This document shows positions 53,801-64,000 of a stretch of DNA of 64,000 bases, in pieces; position 1 is the stretch's first letter; the number at the start of each line of letters is the position of its first letter. The stretch is taken from positions 372,001 to 436,000 of the forward strand of contig LSRY02000038.1 in the NCBI GenBank assembly GCA_001643675.2, in the 5' to 3' direction. Below the pieces are notes generated by a model. It ran no database searches. It saw only the letters and a program-made list of their open reading frames with translations, and was not told where the DNA came from. A program made the translations under genes and the position numbers. This DNA is from Monocercomonoides exilis PA203. Its lineage: Eukaryota; Protista; Preaxostyla.

Positions 53801-55309
53801 GACGAACAATAAAATTTGTTATCTCTCTTTCGAAATTTTTTATATTCAAGATGATCTCAATATTGAGTGTTGTATCAAACAACTTATTGTAATTATTGAA
53901 AGGAAATGGCAAACAGTTTTTTTGAAAAAGCATTATCGAGTATAATTCCGAGATAACGTTGGTGATGAATTTTGATTTAGTGAATGCTCCGATTCATCAA
54001 TATTAATAGAGTTGGAAATAAATACTTGCAAATGTCACTACGACCAAATCGTTCCGATAAAGTTGAAATTTCGTCAATTCAAAATGAAATTTGGTTATGA
54101 TATGAAAATTTGGTTAATAAAAAAATATTTTCTCAAAAATGATTTTTCAAAATAATAATAATATCGAATGTGAAAGAAATAATTTGATACAATATTTCTA
54201 TTCAGTCATTTTTATTGATAAATTAATCCATGTGGATGGAAATTCATTAATCAAATGAATAACTTTTCATTGAGAATATTTCACGTGAATTTTCACACAC
54301 AATAAATCTTGTTATTATCACGATGTTTTCGAAAAAATGTGAAAACTTGTAATATTTGAGCATTGGAAAAAGAAAGAGAAAATTATATCGGTGATAATGT
54401 TTTATCGCTTGAAGAAAAATAAATAAAAGTTCGTATTATCATCAAAATGTTTTTTTTTTCATAAAAAACCAATTTTTCGAGACTTCTGTGAATATTTTTG
54501 AAATCAATACTTTTTTCGAGGTGTTGATTATTTTTATAATTTATTGAAGTCAGAGGGTCACAACAAACTTTAATTCAAAACAAAAATTTCTCAGAAAACA
54601 CTTTATCCTCATTCTTTTGAAAATACAAATACTTCAAACCTTCAGGTATTTGAGTTATAATTATTTTTTTAATTTTGGGAAAATATCTGCATTTTATGGG
54701 ATGGATCTATTCCAATCGCTTTGACATCTCACCTTCCTGATCGCAATTCAAACATTTATCAAAAAAAAAAAAAACTTAATTCTTCCAAGACAGTGAAGTG
54801 ACTTGGAATAAGATAACGAGGTTTTCACCATTTGCAGAAAACATAAGATGACCAAAGTGCACATTATTTTCCTCCACAGAAGCTTTTGATCGTTTCAGAT
54901 TTTTCATGTGTGGCATGTGCAGAAAACACTGATCATAAGTGGGAATTGCTCCTTTGAAAACAACAAAAATATATATCGTAAAAATAATTAAAAAAAATTT
55001 TTTTTTGAGTTTTTGGATGAACATAGAAATATTTCAGTTCAGCTAACTGGCTGATATTTCTTGACAAAATGCTGGGGTTTTTATTCCATTGAAAGAGCAC
55101 ACATGCCTGTAAATGGTTTAACATTGTTAGAAAAGCTTGGCTGCCCTTGAAAAATAATCGAATTGAATGATGAAATTTTACACGAAAGAAAATTTTGAAA
55201 AGGAAAAAGAAAGAAACATACATGGCTAATTGAAATGATTGAAAGAAAACGCGATTGCATGTTTTGGAAATGTTTGATTGTGAGAATGATTTATAGAAAA
55301 ATGAAATAT

Positions 55310-55579
55310 GGGGGAAAATATTAAACTTCAGCATTTTTCAATGAAAAATTATACACATTTGATGAACATTGCATGATAAAAAAATATGGAAAAAAATAAA
55401 TTATTATTTTGAAAATCATGCAAAGTCGCTCAAGTTTTTTTTATTCAATCAATGAAGAATGTTTACCGATATGAAAATCAAATATATCTTGAAATATGAT
55501 ATTGTTTTATAATGAAATTAGAAAAACAATTTTTTTTGTTCTTTGTGCAAAAAAAGCTTGTTAGTTCATATTTTTTCCC
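55310..55579 (+). mobile_element. MITE family B (~270 bp, imperfect TIRs, AT flanks)
   Basis: AT|GGGGGAAAATATTAAACTTCAGCATTTTT ... AAAAAGCTTGTTAGTTCATATTTTTTCCC|AT. Homolog at ~22338-22608. Confidence 0.55.
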
Positions 55580-56444
55580 ATTTAATTATTAATTATCGAA
55601 AATGAAACAATACCGGGATTTTCTATTAACTCAGATGAATGGAAAGGACATTGCTTTTAATCATCTTAAAGTTATGTCAATCACACAGTTTGCCACAAAT
55701 ACCATTTTGTGGATACAGAAAGTGAAATTTGTTCAAAATTGATAGAAAGCACCTGGTCAAGTTTTCAAAAATCTCTATCGAGAAATGATTTTAAAATGAA
55801 AAATAAATTGATGATTCCTTGACTAACTTTGTTGGAAAAAAATCTTGGACACTTGATTTGGTAGAATTTATTCAAAATATTGAATGTTTAAAAACCCTTG
55901 AATCATTAAAAAGAAATAGATGAAACTGAAAAAGATGATTCTGAAGAATCTGACGAAAGTGATGAACTGGTTTTAAATGAAAAAGATGAAGAAACCGAAG
56001 GAGAATCAGATTCTTTAGGAGCTGGTGATGGAACAGATGCATCCGAGTTTGAATTGTGATAATTTTATTTTTTTCATTCACCTTTTCACAATTTATAACA
56101 TTATCATTAATAAATTGTGTTTATGCTTTTCTAGTAAAACCAAGAGTCTGAAGTCACAGATATTATCATAAAACAACAAACAAAAACTTATAGGATACAA
56201 ATAACATGAATTTGAATTGCGGTGTATTATCACCTTCTACCAAGAGCGTGCATGTTGATTATGCTTGTTTGATCATTTCGATTTTATTAAAATATCATCA
56301 TTGAGTTTGTAATTTTTATTAGAATAATTGAAAAAAAGAAAGGTAATGAAAATCACATTTAGGAATTTAATTTTTGATTTGTCAAATTATTGAACAAAAT
56401 ATAATTATAGTTCTATAAGGTTCTTCTGAATAGAAAAACAAGCA

Positions 56445-59400
56445 TCACATTTGAGAATGTGAAACGGAAGATTGTGGTGATATAACTGTTTTTCTCATCA
56501 ATCCGATTCGCCTGCTGTTTTGTGATGCTGCAGCTGAAAGAAGAATTGAACTTTGCTTCGATGCAAGCTTTTTAACTGAAAGAGATGGAGAAAGAGGAGA
56601 AGAAAGTGAAGGCGATAATAAAGGAGAAGGAGAAAGAGGAGTCGGACAAGGGGAAGCAAAAAGAGAAGGAGATAAAGGGACTTGATTAGGAGAAAGAGGG
56701 GCCGGAGTGGGAGAAAGAGTTGGAGATGGAGACGAAAAAGAAGGGGATAGTGAAGGAGAAGATGGTGAAGATCGTATTGATTTTGAATTCGGGATTGACC
56801 CATTTCTTTCTGAGTTAAGCCCTTCTTTAGGAGAAGCAAATGAATGACGGCTTTCTGAAATCACGGATATTTGCCTTTCCGAACAAGAAAATTTTCGTTT
56901 ATCACTTGGATGTGGAACATCATCAAATTCTTCGCGTCCAGCTTGTCTTCGATTTTTCTCTCTTTCTTTTTCATATTCCTTTTCATATTCCTTTTCCTTT
57001 TCATTTTCACTTTCACTTTCACTTTCATTTTCGCTTTCGCTTTCACTTTGCTGTTCTCTTTCTTCTTCTTCTTCCTTTTGCTGTTCGTTGAGTACATGCT
57101 TCATGAACCTAACTTGTGGTTTTGTAAATCTATTCTCTTTCCGTTTTGTTTTCTCCTCTTCCATTACTCGACTTTCGTTTACATCTGTTGGCTCATTCTT
57201 CACAAAAAGTTCCGAAGAAAATATAAGCGACTGTGCTTGAGATGTTTTCCCTCCATTTTTTAAAGGAACAGAAGGTGGGAAAGCAGGATCTTCATCCCCT
57301 TCTGCTGACGCATTCATTGATTGGCTGCGGATCAATTGAGCTTGTGCAGAACCCTCTGGCAATTCCATTTGAGTGCTAGCAGAAGGTAATGAATCATCAT
57401 TGACGATGCTCTTGCATTTTCTTCCACTTACACTTCTTTCATTTTCATCTTCATCTTTTTCTTCACTTTCATGTTCTCTTGTTCTTTGCTTTCTTTTTTC
57501 TGATTTATCATTTCGATGATGAGTACGATCATCTTTATTCTTCCTCATATTTGAATTTTTTTCTTTTGAGATTTTTTGCTTTTTTCGTTTTGACGTTTTA
57601 TTTTCATAATCACTATTATCATTTTCATAAGTATTGTCGTCTTTGTTCTTTCTTTCCTCTTCCTCTTCTTTTCTTTCAGTCTTTTTTCTTTCAGTTCCTC
57701 TGATAATCGATCGAGTAGTAATTGCCCACAAACGTTGAGCAGGAGTTTTTTCTGCTAAAAGAGAGCTAATTCCGCTTTCTCTTCTTTGATCATAAATACC
57801 TGCCTTCTGAACTATTTTCCCCTGAATTTTGAAATTGCGTGCTCTCAATGGTGGGAAAAGAGTTGGAAAGTCGTTCAAATATGTTAGAATGCTCTTTTGA
57901 AGTTTCCTCATATAAGAACGCCATTTCTTGAATTTTTTGGTTGTGATAGATTGATCATCACTTTCATTTCTGCTTTCTCTTTCACTTTCTTCTTTGTATT
58001 CATTCCTTCTATCAATTGAATCTTCCTTTCTCTCCACTTCCATATGTATATCATATTCACTGACTGCAGTTGTAAATTTTACTACAAGCACTCTCTGAAT
58101 TTTCAGCACATTTCCTCGAAATTGTTCAGCCGAATAAATCAGTAACGGAAACAACCGTGCAACAACTGATGATGTCTCAGTTTCTTTAATTGGTACATTG
58201 CAAAACGAATCAATGTGTTTAAACACATATCGTGAAAATTCACAAATTAAAGTTATTGAAACGAGCCAGATGTCGCATAGCCACTCCTTTGAATTGAATA
58301 TTAAGCTTGTTGATGATTTGCTGCTGAAGGGAGTAAGCCACCGAATGATTGAAATCAATAGGCGGAAAAGAAGAAGTGTGCTGTGGATAACCGGAGCAAT
58401 TGGCTGTGTGTGAAGCGAAACAGTTCTCATGGCAGATGAGAGTGAAGGAAGAAGAGAGATAAGAAGATGGCACATCGATGGAAATGAAGGAAGGAAAGAA
58501 AACTTTTCGGAAGAAGAAGAAAGAGAAGAAAACAATGAAGAATTAAATAATTGATTCAAATTTGAATTACTTGCACCGATTTCAAATTGTAAGTTGTTTG
58601 AGCTAAATTGTTTAATATCATACTGTTTATAAATGTCTGCATTTTTATCAACTTCAGTAAAATATGAAATTGAAGAACCAATAGAAGAAGCAATCACAGC
58701 AGATGGATGCTCCGTCACAAACCTTGAAAATAGTCTTTCCACCTCTTCCATTAGAACATCTAATGCGTGAAACATTAGAGATGCCAAAATAAGTCTATCA
58801 AAATTTGCCATAAGAGAAATACTTGTGGATGGAAGTGTCCATTGCTCCCCTCCAATTAGCCATGTTAGAGAATTTGATAGTTCTTCAGAGTGATTCGAAG
58901 AGGATGCATAGGGAGAATTATCGTTAGAGTAGAACATATTTGTGTTTACGAAATTTCTTTTCGGATATCTGTTCTTCTCATTGAACGAATTTTCAAAAGG
59001 AGAATAATGCAAAGGAGGAAAAGAAAACAAATCAAATTTCAGTAAAGAAGAAAACGAATGCGCATTTTCTGCCACAAACTCCTGTCCAAGTTGAGTTTCT
59101 CGAAGGAGCATCCGAATTAAAACAGAAATTGGCTCAAACTCCCCGCTCCATAAGCAACTCTTTATCCAAAGTTGTAACACAGCACGAGAAGCAACGTTCA
59201 TTCGAACAAGTGGCATTAATTTTTTATTATCTCCTTTTTCAACCGATGCTCTTTCTTCTTCTTCTTCTTCCTCATCCTCTTCTCCATCATCATTCCTTCT
59301 TTTCTTTTCGGCCATCTCTTTCTCAGCTTCTTCCTTGCTCTCCACAACTTTTGCTGCATGCATTGCAATCATCCACAATCTCGGAGCTATATCCTCACAA

Positions 59401-62400
59401 ATAAAGTGTGATCCTTTCAAATAAGGAAGCAAGAATGAAGATGCAATAAACAAGCACAGGCTCACTGCTGCACAATCTCCAATTTTTGCTCTTGCTAATG
59501 CAACGTGGAGAATATGGGATAAAATTATATTGACGGTTTGGTGAAGCAGCTGAATTGACGCTAATGAAATGCAAACTGGACAAGATACAGTGGTATGAAT
59601 TGAATCAATAATTGAAGAGCACGTGAACAAAGAATTCGATGAATTTTTAGCGTTATCGTCACTTTCATCTCCTTCATATTCATTTCTAGAACTTAATCCA
59701 TTGAAGCAATTTTCCCTGTTGATTTGAGTAATAGTGGATCCATCTGCAGATGTTTCAGTTGATGCATTCAAAATGGACTCCATCAGTGAATTTGGTAATG
59801 CTGTTTCCATTGCACTTCCACTGACTTCTTTTCCAATTCTTTTATTTTCTGTTATTTCAACATCATCACTATCATCTGACTGGAGAAGCACTCTCATTTT
59901 GTGCTTTTCAGAATCATTTGTTTTTTCACTAGTTCTTTCTTCACCGACAGATGGACTTCTTGTTCTGCTTCTTCTTCGTTTAAAATTTTTATTTCCAATA
60001 TTTTCTTCAATATCTCCTTCTCCTTCTCTTCCTCTTGGATTTCTGAAGCTTTCTTCATAATCTTTTTCAGAAGTTACTCTTCTTTCTTTGTCTCCTTTCT
60101 TTGTTTCTTTTTTTTCTTTTTCTAAAGTCGTTCTTATTTCTTCAATCATGCTGTCATTCACCTCATTTGAAACTATATTGCTCCTATTTCTTCCTTTTGA
60201 ATTGATATCCTTTTCAATTAATTCATAAAAGTTTCTTTTTTTCATTACATCCATCTTATGTTTTTCAATAAAACTCTCAATTTCCTTATTGCAATTGAAA
60301 ACATATTTCATTCCATTTAGAGCATTCAAATTATCTTTTCCTGAGCGATACTCCATGGAAAGTGCATCAAACCAATCTGCAAACACAATCCGATTAAAAA
60401 GTGGACTGCATCGCTTTGTTGATGAAACAGATGAAAATAAATTTGAAGAAATAAATGCGGAAGATGAAACAGAAGCAGAAGGAGGAGTTGGAAAATGATG
60501 GCAACAACAATTCAAACTAATTTCAGAAGGGCTAACAATGATTGGTGCATATATCAATCTTGAATTCGTTCTGTGAATGATTTGCTCTCTTCCTTGAGTC
60601 AATCCTCCAAAAGGAGTAAAGAAACTTCCTTTTAGAATGAACATTATAATTTGCCTAATTCTTTTGTTTTTTCTATCACTCTGCTTTTTCTTTTCTTCTC
60701 TTTCTTCAATCATATTCTCACCTTCATCATCAAGTCCAAGATCAACAACATCAGAAGGTAGACTACAAAAAGAATTACCATTCTTCTTCTTTGTTTTCTC
60801 TTCTTTTGCTAATGCCGATGTCTTTTTCTTCTTAATTATTCCATGCCTCCTCAAAAATTCCCTGACTTCACAATCCTTTGACGCATTATTCATGCCCTGT
60901 AACCATCCTTTCTCTTCCAATTCCTCCAACATTTTCAACACTTTCATTGCCATATCTGTCTCCCCATTCATTCTCAAAGCACTTTCAACAACGACTCTTC
61001 GGAGTTCTTTTTGCTCCATATTCATCAATACAGAAGAACACATCAGCAATTCTGATGAAGAAGAGAAAGAGAAACCAATATTCGTTGGAGTTGGAGGAAG
61101 TGGAGAAAGATAACGGAAACATACTGAAAAAGAAGCAGAAAGCCATTCCATAGCGATTTGAAGAGCTGTGCACATCTCTGTTTGAACAACGAAAGGAGGA
61201 GAAGAAGGCGAAAACAAAGAAGATGAAAAAGTGAAATCGCTATTAGCTGTTGAATTCGAGTTCATTGGCATTGTCAGATGATGACACATCCCAACACACA
61301 ACACACTCAATGGAAGAGATTTACGTAAAAGCTTCAGAACGGATGATACAGAAGAATACAAAGGATGCTGCTGTCGTTGAATAAGAAGCATATGCCTTGC
61401 TCCGCAAGCAAAGAAATGAGAAAGAAGTCGTTCATTCATCATTGTTTCCGCTTTTTTGTTCTGAAGATCGTTTATTTTTTGTCGTTTAAGTCTTAATTTT
61501 GCTTCAATTTCTCTTTCAAACTGTGAATCTTCTCCTTCATCACTTGCTTCACCAGTTCCATCTCTATCTCTTCTTTCCATTGAATGAATGTTCAATTCTT
61601 CAATTTCACTATCTTCCCATCCTTCTTCTTCCATCTCCAAAATGTCTTCCTTCCAATCTCCATCAAATGAATCACTTTCATTATCATCATCTTTTTCTTT
61701 TGTATTGTCTTTTTCTTTTCTCTCTTCCACAGTATTAGAGGCTGATGCCACAGCTGCAATTGAAACGAGCATAGATGAAAATGACAAAATTGCCTCAAGT
61801 GGCAATGAAGGAACAGAAAATACATCGAACACAAGCGATGTAGATGCTGAAGCATATGAGTTTTTAACATTTCTTCCACCTTTTTGTTCAGAATTTGAAT
61901 GGTTTTTTGAAGAAGATGATTTACGATTGTTCTTTTTGGATTTTTGTTTGCGTTTTCTGGGCTTTTGTCTATCATCGTTTTCATCAAATTCTTCTTCCTC
62001 CTCCTCTTCACCTTCGTCATTTTCATCTGAATTCTCTTCATTATTCTCTTCATCTTCATCTTTCTCTTTCCTCTCATTTCTCTCTCTCTTTCTTTCTCCT
62101 TCTTCATCTCTTCCTCTTTCTCCTTTCATTCTCTTCATTCTCAACAACCAGCTATCTCTCACATCTAACAGTATTTCTAAGCATTGTTCCAACGAAGATA
62201 CTCGAAAATGCGTTTTAGCTACAGATTCAATCATACTTTTCTCCATTTTTCTTTCCATTTCATCAGAATTCGAACTTTTTTGTCCATTTTTTCCAACATT
62301 TTCTTCATCTTCTTCCACACTTCTATATTCTTCTCTAACCATTCCACTTTTTTCTTTCTTCATCTTCCTCTTCCTCTTTATCATTTTCACTATTCGTTTT

Positions 62401-64000
62401 CTTTCTCTCAAACTCTCTTTTTCTCTTGCCATGACCATCACAACATGTCCCATTAGAACATCAGCACATTCAGCAATTAGTGATGCTTTTGCTTTATTCA
62501 GCTCTGAACCTCCTCCATTTCTATTTATTGATTCCTTTTCTTTATTTTTTTCTTTTCCATCGATTTCTTCATTTTCTTCATCATTCGCATCATCATTTCC
62601 TTCTTCATTCTCTTTCTTCATCGCCCTTTCCTTTTCTCTTCCATTACCTCCTTCTTCCACTTCTTCTCTCTCAAAACCTAATTCTTCTTCCGTCGCATGC
62701 GTAAGGAAAGCAGTTGTTTCAGTTAAAAGAGACCAGAGCTGAGATCGGATCAGAGTGAAAATTTGAAGAGGAAAGGAAAGGTCAGATGGAGGAGAAGAAG
62801 GAGAACTAGTCGAAGACAACATTGCAAGCTTCTTTTGCATTGCATTCTGGTCTTTGAAAAGCGCAACGAAAGACCAGTTTTCATCAAATGGATTTAATAA
62901 CAGTTGCTTTGAGGGGTAATTCAAGTTCCATTCACAATTTTGTTGCAAAGATTGATTGATAGATTGTTCAAAACCATCTTCATTGAAATTAAAATCATTA
63001 TCATTTTCTGTCTCTTCTTTATCTTCTTCATTATCCATTTCTTTTCTTCTTCCTGTTTCAATATCCTTCTTTCCATATCCTTCTTCAGCTTTGCCACATT
63101 GAAAGAACCTTTCACCATCAAACAATGGAAAATGAACAAAATAAAATAGCAACAACAGAAAATGATGAAGAGGCTGCTTTAGCATCGCAGAACTCATCAA
63201 ATACATTGAATTTAGGTTAAAAGATGATGTAGAAGAGGCAAACGCTCCTCTCTCCACAAGTTTCCTTTGATCTCTTTCTCTTTTCAGTTTTTCTGTCAAT
63301 TCCTTCATAATGGAAGAAGCAGAAGCAGAAGCAGATGGCGATGAGGATGATGATATATTCGACTCATTCCACAAACACCATTCATTCCACTCGAATTTTT
63401 TTGTTGTTGGAAAAAGAGAAAGAGGAGAAGAGGAATTTATTGAAGAATAGGAAGAAGAAGAAGAAGAGGAAGAAAGCAATGAAGAGGAAGAGAATGCACT
63501 CTTTGTACTTGACACACAATCATCAAAAGAAACATAGATGAGAGAAGAAGAAGGACCAGGTGTGCGGAGGAGAGTAAAATGGAACTGCAGAGGAGAAAGA
63601 AGAAGATGAAGGAAGGAAGAAAAAGTGGTGGTGATGAATGAAGAGAAATGAGAGTATTTGGAATATATGTCTGGATGTTTTAGTGCTATTTGTGAAGTTG
63701 AAAATGAAGAAGAAGAAGTTGATGATGATGATGATGATGATGAAGATGACGAAGAGGAGGAGGAAGAAGAACTTGGACAAGAAGAAGACATTACAGAAGA
63801 AGGAAAATACAATGGAACACTTCCCGCAACGTTTAATAAGAGAGCGGAAAACTGGATCAAATAAAAATACAAGAGCGATTTGGAATGTGGATCTGAAAGC
63901 AAGACTCGATTTAGCCTATTGAGGAGAGAAGAAGACAGAGAAGGAGATTCAGAAATGTGCTGTGAGAGGAGAAGGTGAAGTGTGGAAGAAGAAGAAGAAG
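56445..64000 (-). CDS. Very large low-complexity-rich protein, 5' end outside window; C-terminal region FANCI-like
   Basis: The frame is open from the window edge (63902 is TTG and there is no upstream stop). Helical blocks are separated by Ser/Glu tracts. FPLLIYSAEQF..VLKI and RARNFKIQG resemble the recalled FANCI C-terminal motifs IPNLIFAIEQYEKFLI and TSRDFKIKG. Confident as a CDS, tentative as FANCI. Confidence 0.6.
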   Translation of the reverse strand, partial: SSSSSTLHLLLSQHISESPSLSSSLLNRLNRVLLSDPHSKSLLYFYLIQFSALLLNVAGSVPLYFPSSVMSSSCPSSSSSSSSSSSSSSSSSSTSSSSFSTSQIALKHPDIYSKYSHFSSFITTTFSSFLHLLLSPLQFHFTLLRTPGPSSSLIYVSFDDCVSSTKSAFSSSSLLSSSSSSSSYSSINSSSPLSLFPTTKKFEWNEWCLWNESNISSSSSPSASASASSIMKELTEKLKRERDQRKLVERGAFASSTSSFNLNSMYLMSSAMLKQPLHHFLLLLFYFVHFPLFDGERFFQCGKAEEGYGKKDIETGRRKEMDNEEDKEETENDNDFNFNEDGFEQSINQSLQQNCEWNLNYPSKQLLLNPFDENWSFVALFKDQNAMQKKLAMLSSTSSPSSPPSDLSFPLQIFTLIRSQLWSLLTETTAFLTHATEEELGFEREEVEEGGNGREKERAMKKENEEGNDDANDEENEEIDGKEKNKEKESINRNGGGSELNKAKASLIAECADVLMGHVVMVMAREKESLRERKRIVKMIKRKRKMKKEKSGMVREEYRSVEEDEENVGKNGQKSSNSDEMERKMEKSMIESVAKTHFRVSSLEQCLEILLDVRDSWLLRMKRMKGERGRDEEGERKRERNERKEKDEDEENNEENSDENDEGEEEEEEEFDENDDRQKPRKRKQKSKKNNRKSSSSKNHSNSEQKGGRNVKNSYASASTSLVFDVFSVPSLPLEAILSFSSMLVSIAAVASASNTVEERKEKDNTKEKDDDNESDSFDGDWKEDILEMEEEGWEDSEIEELNIHSMERRDRDGTGEASDEGEDSQFEREIEAKLRLKRQKINDLQNKKAETMMNERLLSHFFACGARHMLLIQRQQHPLYSSVSSVLKLLRKSLPLSVLCVGMCHHLTMPMNSNSTANSDFTFSSSLFSPSSPPFVVQTEMCTALQIAMEWLSASFSVCFRYLSPLPPTPTNIGFSFSSSSELLMCSSVLMNMEQKELRRVVVESALRMNGETDMAMKVLKMLEELEEKGWLQGMNNASKDCEVREFLRRHGIIKKKKTSALAKEEKTKKKNGNSFCSLPSDVVDLGLDDEGENMIEEREEKKKQSDRKNKRIRQIIMFILKGSFFTPFGGLTQGREQIIHRTNSRLIYAPIIVSPSEISLNCCCHHFPTPPSASVSSSAFISSNLFSSVSSTKRCSPLFNRIVFADWFDALSMEYRSGKDNLNALNGMKYVFNCNKEIESFIEKHKMDVMKKRNFYELIEKDINSKGRNRSNIVSNEVNDSMIEEIRTTLEKEKKETKKGDKERRVTSEKDYEESFRNPRGREGEGDIEENIGNKNFKRRRSRTRSPSVGEERTSEKTNDSEKHKMRVLLQSDDSDDVEITENKRIGKEVSGSAMETALPNSLMESILNASTETSADGSTITQINRENCFNGLSSRNEYEGDESDDNAKNSSNSLFTCSSIIDSIHTTVSCPVCISLASIQLLHQTVNIILSHILHVALARAKIGDCAAVSLCLFIASSFLLPYLKGSHFICEDIAPRLWMIAMHAAKVVESKEEAEKEMAEKKRRNDDGEEDEEEEEEERASVEKGDNKKLMPLVRMNVASRAVLQLWIKSCLWSGEFEPISVLIRMLLRETQLGQEFVAENAHSFSSLLKFDLFSFPPLHYSPFENSFNEKNRYPKRNFVNTNMFYSNDNSPYASSSNHSEELSNSLTWLIGGEQWTLPSTSISLMANFDRLILASLMFHALDVLMEEVERLFSRFVTEHPSAVIASSIGSSISYFTEVDKNADIYKQYDIKQFSSNNLQFEIGASNSNLNQLFNSSLFSSLSSSSEKFSFLPSFPSMCHLLISLLPSLSSAMRTVSLHTQPIAPVIHSTLLLFRLLISIIRWLTPFSSKSSTSLIFNSKEWLCDIWLVSITLICEFSRYVFKHIDSFCNVPIKETETSSVVARLFPLLIYSAEQFRGNVLKIQRVLVVKFTTAVSEYDIHMEVERKEDSIDRRNEYKEESERESRNESDDQSITTKKFKKWRSYMRKLQKSILTYLNDFPTLFPPLRARNFKIQGKIVQKAGIYDQRRESGISSLLAEKTPAQRLWAITTRSIIRGTERKKTERKEEEEERKNKDDNTYENDNSDYENKTSKRKKQKISKEKNSNMRKNKDDRTHHRNDKSEKRKQRTREHESEEKDEDENERSVSGRKCKSIVNDDSLPSASTQMELPEGSAQAQLIRSQSMNASAEGDEDPAFPPSVPLKNGGKTSQAQSLIFSSELFVKNEPTDVNESRVMEEEKTKRKENRFTKPQVRFMKHVLNEQQKEEEEEREQQSESESENESESESENEKEKEYEKEYEKEREKNRRQAGREEFDDVPHPSDKRKFSCSERQISVISESRHSFASPKEGLNSERNGSIPNSKSIRSSPSSPSLSPSFSSPSPTLSPTPAPLSPNQVPLSPSLFASPCPTPLSPSPLLSPSLSSPLSPSLSVKKLASKQSSILLSAAASQNSRRIGLMRKTVISPQSSVSHSQM

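Overview
AT-rich eukaryotic genomic DNA with short GT-AG spliceosomal introns, the standard genetic code and an intron-containing tRNA-Tyr. The gene families and low-complexity Ser/Glu-rich proteins suggest an oxymonad such as Monocercomonoides (recognised from memory, not searched). Conserved genes are MRE11 (4 exons), CEP290 (6 exons), tRNA-Tyr(GUA) and a 5'-truncated giant ORF with a FANCI-like C-terminus. Lineage-expanded families are two inverted ~2,700-aa beta-helix surface receptors with a C-terminal pseudokinase, and a helical hypothetical gene plus a pseudogene of the same family. Mobile DNA comprises an apparently intact intron-containing pogo-type DD35D transposon (40-bp TIRs, TA TSD), a decayed relative, two tandem DDE_Tnp_4 (ISL2EU/Harbinger-like) transposase genes, two MITE families with AT|GGG...CCC|AT ends and a possible DIRS remnant. 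The top finding is the gene at 44375-46426. It encodes a predicted secreted protein with a Pro-Lys-Pro-Thr stalk, a LysM domain and a C-terminal domain matching bacterial type VI secretion amidase effector Tae2 (BPSL0067 family), with the catalytic Cys and His intact. It is a candidate horizontally acquired, domesticated antibacterial peptidoglycan hydrolase in a protist.
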